Source: Hypanus sabinus
Taxonomy: Eukaryota
Direction of reading: 5' to 3'
NCBI RefSeq assembly: GCF_030144855.1
Contig: NC_082730.1
Span: 13,702,001-13,766,000 of the forward strand
Length of the DNA stretch: 64,000 nt
The notes beneath the pieces were generated by a model. That model ran no database searches. It saw only the letters and a program-made list of their open reading frames with translations, and was not told the origin of the DNA. Shown piece by piece: positions 59,820 to 64,000 of this stretch (position 1 is the stretch's first letter; each line of letters starts with the position of its first letter). Position numbers and translations under genes: made by a program.

Positions 59820-62800
59820 GTCAGCGGGAGATGCTCATGGAGTGAGTACTGTTTTAGATTCGCTCCATAACCTTTACTTTTTTTAACCTTTGATCACTCT
59901 TATTCAACTTATTTTTACCTACACCAAAAGACTCTTGCTATTTTTTTGGACTTATCGTTAAGAGTTTATTGTGAATTTTTGAAGATATGCAATCAGAAAT
60001 GGCTTTTAGATCTAAAGGACGGGAACCTGGGCCGAACCCAAATGGTAATGGAAAGAAGCAAGCTCATCCGCAATGCACTGAATTAACTTATGAACTGTTT
60101 TTGGAGGTTTTGGATAAAAAATTTGATGAACTACAACAAATTTTTAAACAAGATATGAAGCCTTTTCAAGATTATATGGATAAGATGGATTCAGTAATTA
60201 ACCAGCAGCAAGTTCTTATCACATCTCTGCAAGAAGACAGTCGGAAACGAGATTTGATAATTGAAAAATTGCAACAGGATTTAATTTCGACCACTAAACT
60301 GGTGAAAACACTTAAAGCCAAGAGTGTCGACTTTGAGAATCAGTCCAGAAGACAGAACCTATGTATACTTGGTCTCCCAGACGGCATAGAACAAGGCAAC
60401 CCTTCGAAATACTTTGCTCAACTTTTAAAAGATGCGTTCCCGTCTGTATTTCCAGATATCCCCCATTAATTGATCGCGCACATAGAATTATGTGTCGATC
60501 ATCGAGTGCTCAGCTAAACCTTCGGTTGTAATTGTCCGGTTTCATTACGCACATGATAAAGAGCAACATATTCATGTGACTTGGCAGGTAGGAATGGTTA
60601 AATTTTAGGATCACAATTTCCGTTTGGTAGAAGATTTTAGTCCTGAAGTAATGAAGGCTAGGCTTCTTTTTAAACCTCTGATGTCTGAATGTTATGAGAA
60701 AAATTTAAAACCTGCGCTCTTATACCCTGCGAAGCTTAGAATCTCAAATACACCACGCCGAGTTTTCCTTTCTACATCTGAAGCAAAAAGTTTTCTGATT
60801 GAGAACTTCCCTACTGCTATGATTTCTCATTCCTAATAAATGAGGATTTTGATCGTGTCAGATGGCTTTTGATTCCTCAAACCAGACTTTGTTTCCGGCT
60901 ATTTGTGTAGGTTTATTCTATACTTTATATTCAAGTTAAAGTGTTCCTTCGTCATATTAATCGGTCTGTTTTATACACTTTAACCATTATACTATATTGC
61001 TGACTATTATTTTTGTTCCTTCAAAGGTGTATTTTTACCCCTTCAAAGGTGAATTCTTTTTTACTAAGATGGTGGTTTTTTTGGAAAAATATTTTTGGTG
61101 CTTTTTTAAGATGGTGTTATTTTTTTTCTCTTGTCTTCTTCCTACAATGCATCGCTTATCATAGTTTAAATACTTTTTGATTTGTTTGGGTTATAACCCG
61201 ATTTATAAGTTTTTAGTGATTATATTCTTATCGTTTTTTTTTACAACCAAGTATATTAAGAAGTTTGGTTTTGGTATAGTGATCATAGTTTTTAAATTCT
61301 GGGTGGATTTTTTTATATATATCCTTTATGTACGGAGTGGTCTTCCGCTGATATGGGGGTAGATTTAGTCTCATTTTTTCCTTTTTCCAAACGAATTTTG
61401 GCTGTTGTTTTTTTTTTCTCTTTCTTGTGGGGGTGGGGAGTGGTCTGTTTTCTAACTCTATTTTTCTTTTACCAGTTTGTTTTAGTTTTTTCATTTGGGC
61501 TGTTTTTGAACTACAAATATGTCTACGATGTCATCACTTCCGGGTCCGCTCTCTATTTTTGTTCCTCTTCCGGGTGCAAGAGTTTATAATTTGGTTAACC
61601 CTTTTTATACCAATGGGTTGATTTTAGAAATATGGCTCAGACCATCAATTTTGTGTCTTGGAATACTAATGGTTTAAATCATCTGATTAAACGAAAGAAG
61701 ATTTTCAAAGTATTCCAAAGACTTAATGCTCATATCATTTTTGTACAAGAAACTCATGTGAGGAAGGAGGATAATTATCGCTTTTTTAGGTCTTGGTGGG
61801 ATCAACAGTACCATTCAAATTTGAATGCCAACGTAAAGGGAGTTTCAATTTTATTGACTCCTCTATTGCATTTGTCCAACACGATATCTTTTCGGATCCG
61901 AATGGTAGATTTTTGTTAATTACGGGCTTACTTTGTAATAAAAAGTTTGCTATGGTAAATGTTTATGCTCAAAATGTGGATTGTCCTGATTTTTTTCAGT
62001 CCTTATTTACTTCTTTACCTAAGCTAAATGAATATAAATTGATAATGGGTGGTGATTTTAATTGTAGTTTAAATCCTTTGATGGACAAATCTATATCTAC
62101 TCAGACTTTACCCAATAAGTCAGCTACTTGTGTCAACTCTTTCATGACTGATAATGGACTTTTTGATATTTGATATTTTGGCATCCTAAAGATAGGGAGT
62201 TTTCTTTTTTCTCACATGTTTATTGTTCTTATTTGAGAATTGATTATTTTTTTATTGACTCTTGCTTGATTCCTTGGGTAACTGGTTGTGATTATGATAT
62301 CATAGCTATTTCCGACCATGCTCCATTAAAACTTTTTATTAAATTTATGGATACAGTTCCTAATGCTAGACAATGGCGATTTGACTCTACCTTATTGCAG
62401 GATCCAGACTTTATTAAATTTATGAATGAACAGATCGACTTCTTCTTTTCAACCAACTCCACGGAACATATTTCTTATGGAACATTTTGGGACACTTTTA
62501 AAGCATGTGGACAGATTATTTTTTACTCTGTTGGTCTGAGAAAACGCATAAAGAAGGAAGCTCTTTTATTAGTTGATAAAATTAAAGAGATTGACAAGAA
62601 ATATTTGATTGCTCCTAGTAAGGAGCTTTACAAGCAAAGGGTTGAACTTCAAACAGAATATAGTTTATTACTTACATCTTCAATTGAAAATCAACTGATG
62701 AAGTCCAGATCTGATTTTTATATACATAGTGATAAATCGAGTAAACTACTGGCTAGTCAATTGAAGAATGCTTTGGTTAAACGTCAAATTACTAAGATCC

Positions 62801-64000
62801 GTCAGCAAAATGGGGACTTGACAGTTAACCATGATGAGATAAATAAATCATTTCAAGACTTTTATACTTCCCTATATCATTGGGAATTTCCTCAGGATTG
62901 TGGTACCATGTGTGATTTTCTTGGGAAATTGAATTTCCCAAGACTATCACCAGATGATCTTTCAATATTGGAAACTCCTATGACTGATGCAGAAATCAAA
63001 GGGGTTATTTCCTCCATGAATTCAGGGAAAGCACCTGGTCCGGATGGGTATACAGTAGAATTTTAAAAATGTTTTTCCGCTACTCTTTCTCCTTGGTTAT
63101 ATAAGGTTTTTGAAGAAGCAATTAGATTGGGAAATATGCCACAATCTTTTTTTATAGAGTTTCCATCTCTTTAATAGTGAAGAAAGATAAAGACCCTACT
63201 GATTGTGTATCCTATAGATCAATATCCTTATTGAATGTAGATTCCAAGATTTTTTCCAAGTTACTTGCATCCAGGTTGGAGAAGGTATTACCCCAAATTA
63301 TCTCGGAAGATCAAACCAGTTTTATTAAAAATCGTTATTCTTTTTTTAATGTTAGGAGGTTATTGCATATTATGTATACTCCTTCACATAACATTTCAGA
63401 ATGTGTTATTTCATTAGATGCGGAGAAAGCATTTGACAGAGTTGAATGGCCTTATTTATTTAATGTGTTGGAGAAGGTTAATTTTAGTCTGACATTTATT
63501 TCCTGGATTAAACTGATTTATCACACTCCAGTAGCCTCAGTGTTTAATAATAATCAAAGATCTCCCTTTTTTTCGTTTATTTTGGGGCACTAGACAAGGC
63601 TGTCCTCTTAGCCCACTATTATTTAATATTGCCTTAGAACCTTTGGCAATTGCTATCAGAGAATCACAGGAAATTTTTGGTATTAATCATGGGACAGATA
63701 CTCATAAGTTATCTTTGTATGCAGATGATTTATTATTATTTATTTTTAATCCTGAGAAATCTATTCCAGCAGTTTTATCGTTGTTGGCTCAACTTAGTGA
63801 GTTTTCTGGGTATAAATTAAATCTTAATAAGAGTGAATTGTTTCCTTTGAATAGACAGGTCCCAATTTCTGGAAATATACCTTTTAAATTAGTTAATGAC
63901 TCTTTTATTTACTTAGGGATTAAAATCACAAAAAAACCCATAAAGACTTATTTAAGGTTAATATTGTACCCTTAATTGATCAGATTAAATGTTTGTTTAC
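59820..64000 (+). mobile_element. L1/Tx1-clade LINE: 5' UTR, ORF1, spacer and ORF2 (endonuclease and RT), frameshifted, running off the window
   Basis: ORF1 ENQSRRQNLCILGLP...EDFSPEV...PALLYPAKLRI. ORF2 starts at 61632 (MAQTINFVSWNTNGLN...ETH...MGGDFN...RIDYFF...SDHAP) with RT GKAPGPDGY, SLDAEKAFDRVEW and SLYADDLL. Confidence 0.95.

Overview
Vertebrate genomic DNA, most likely from a cartilaginous fish (batoid ray). This is inferred from the mix of CR1 with SGNH-esterase ORF1, Rex1/Babar, Penelope and L1/Tx1 repeats; it is not prokaryotic, and no CRISPR, rRNA or true tRNA gene was found. Most of the window is nested, mostly decayed retroelements. Between them I reconstructed by hand two tandem minus-strand paralogous immune-receptor genes of the CD300/CMRF35/pIgR-like (skate MDIR-type) class. 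Gene 1 has leader 24543-24507, V-set Ig 10724-10404, Cys-rich C2-type Ig 8719-8399, stalk 4465-4420 and TM 486-395. These splice into one open frame; the cytoplasmic exons would lie left of the window. Gene 2 has C2 Ig 58831-58511, two alternative stalk candidates, TM 47909-47817, a cytoplasmic exon 46417-46371 and a terminal Tyr/ITIM exon 42378-42127; its V exon and leader were not found in the window. The gene 2 TM exon is one base longer than that of gene 1 (an A-run), which would disconnect the ITIM tail unless a 25-nt micro-exon rescues the frame. Other notable structures: a 1.26-kb tandem duplication that breaks at an exon acceptor, a gag-only short-LTR Gypsy derivative with a CR1 in its 3' LTR, three solo LTRs with TSDs, a tail-less internal L1 fragment flanked by a 16-bp TSD, and a CR1 orientation switch between introns and intergenic DNA. 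All exon models come from sequence inspection only, with no transcript evidence, and many TE boundaries are approximate.
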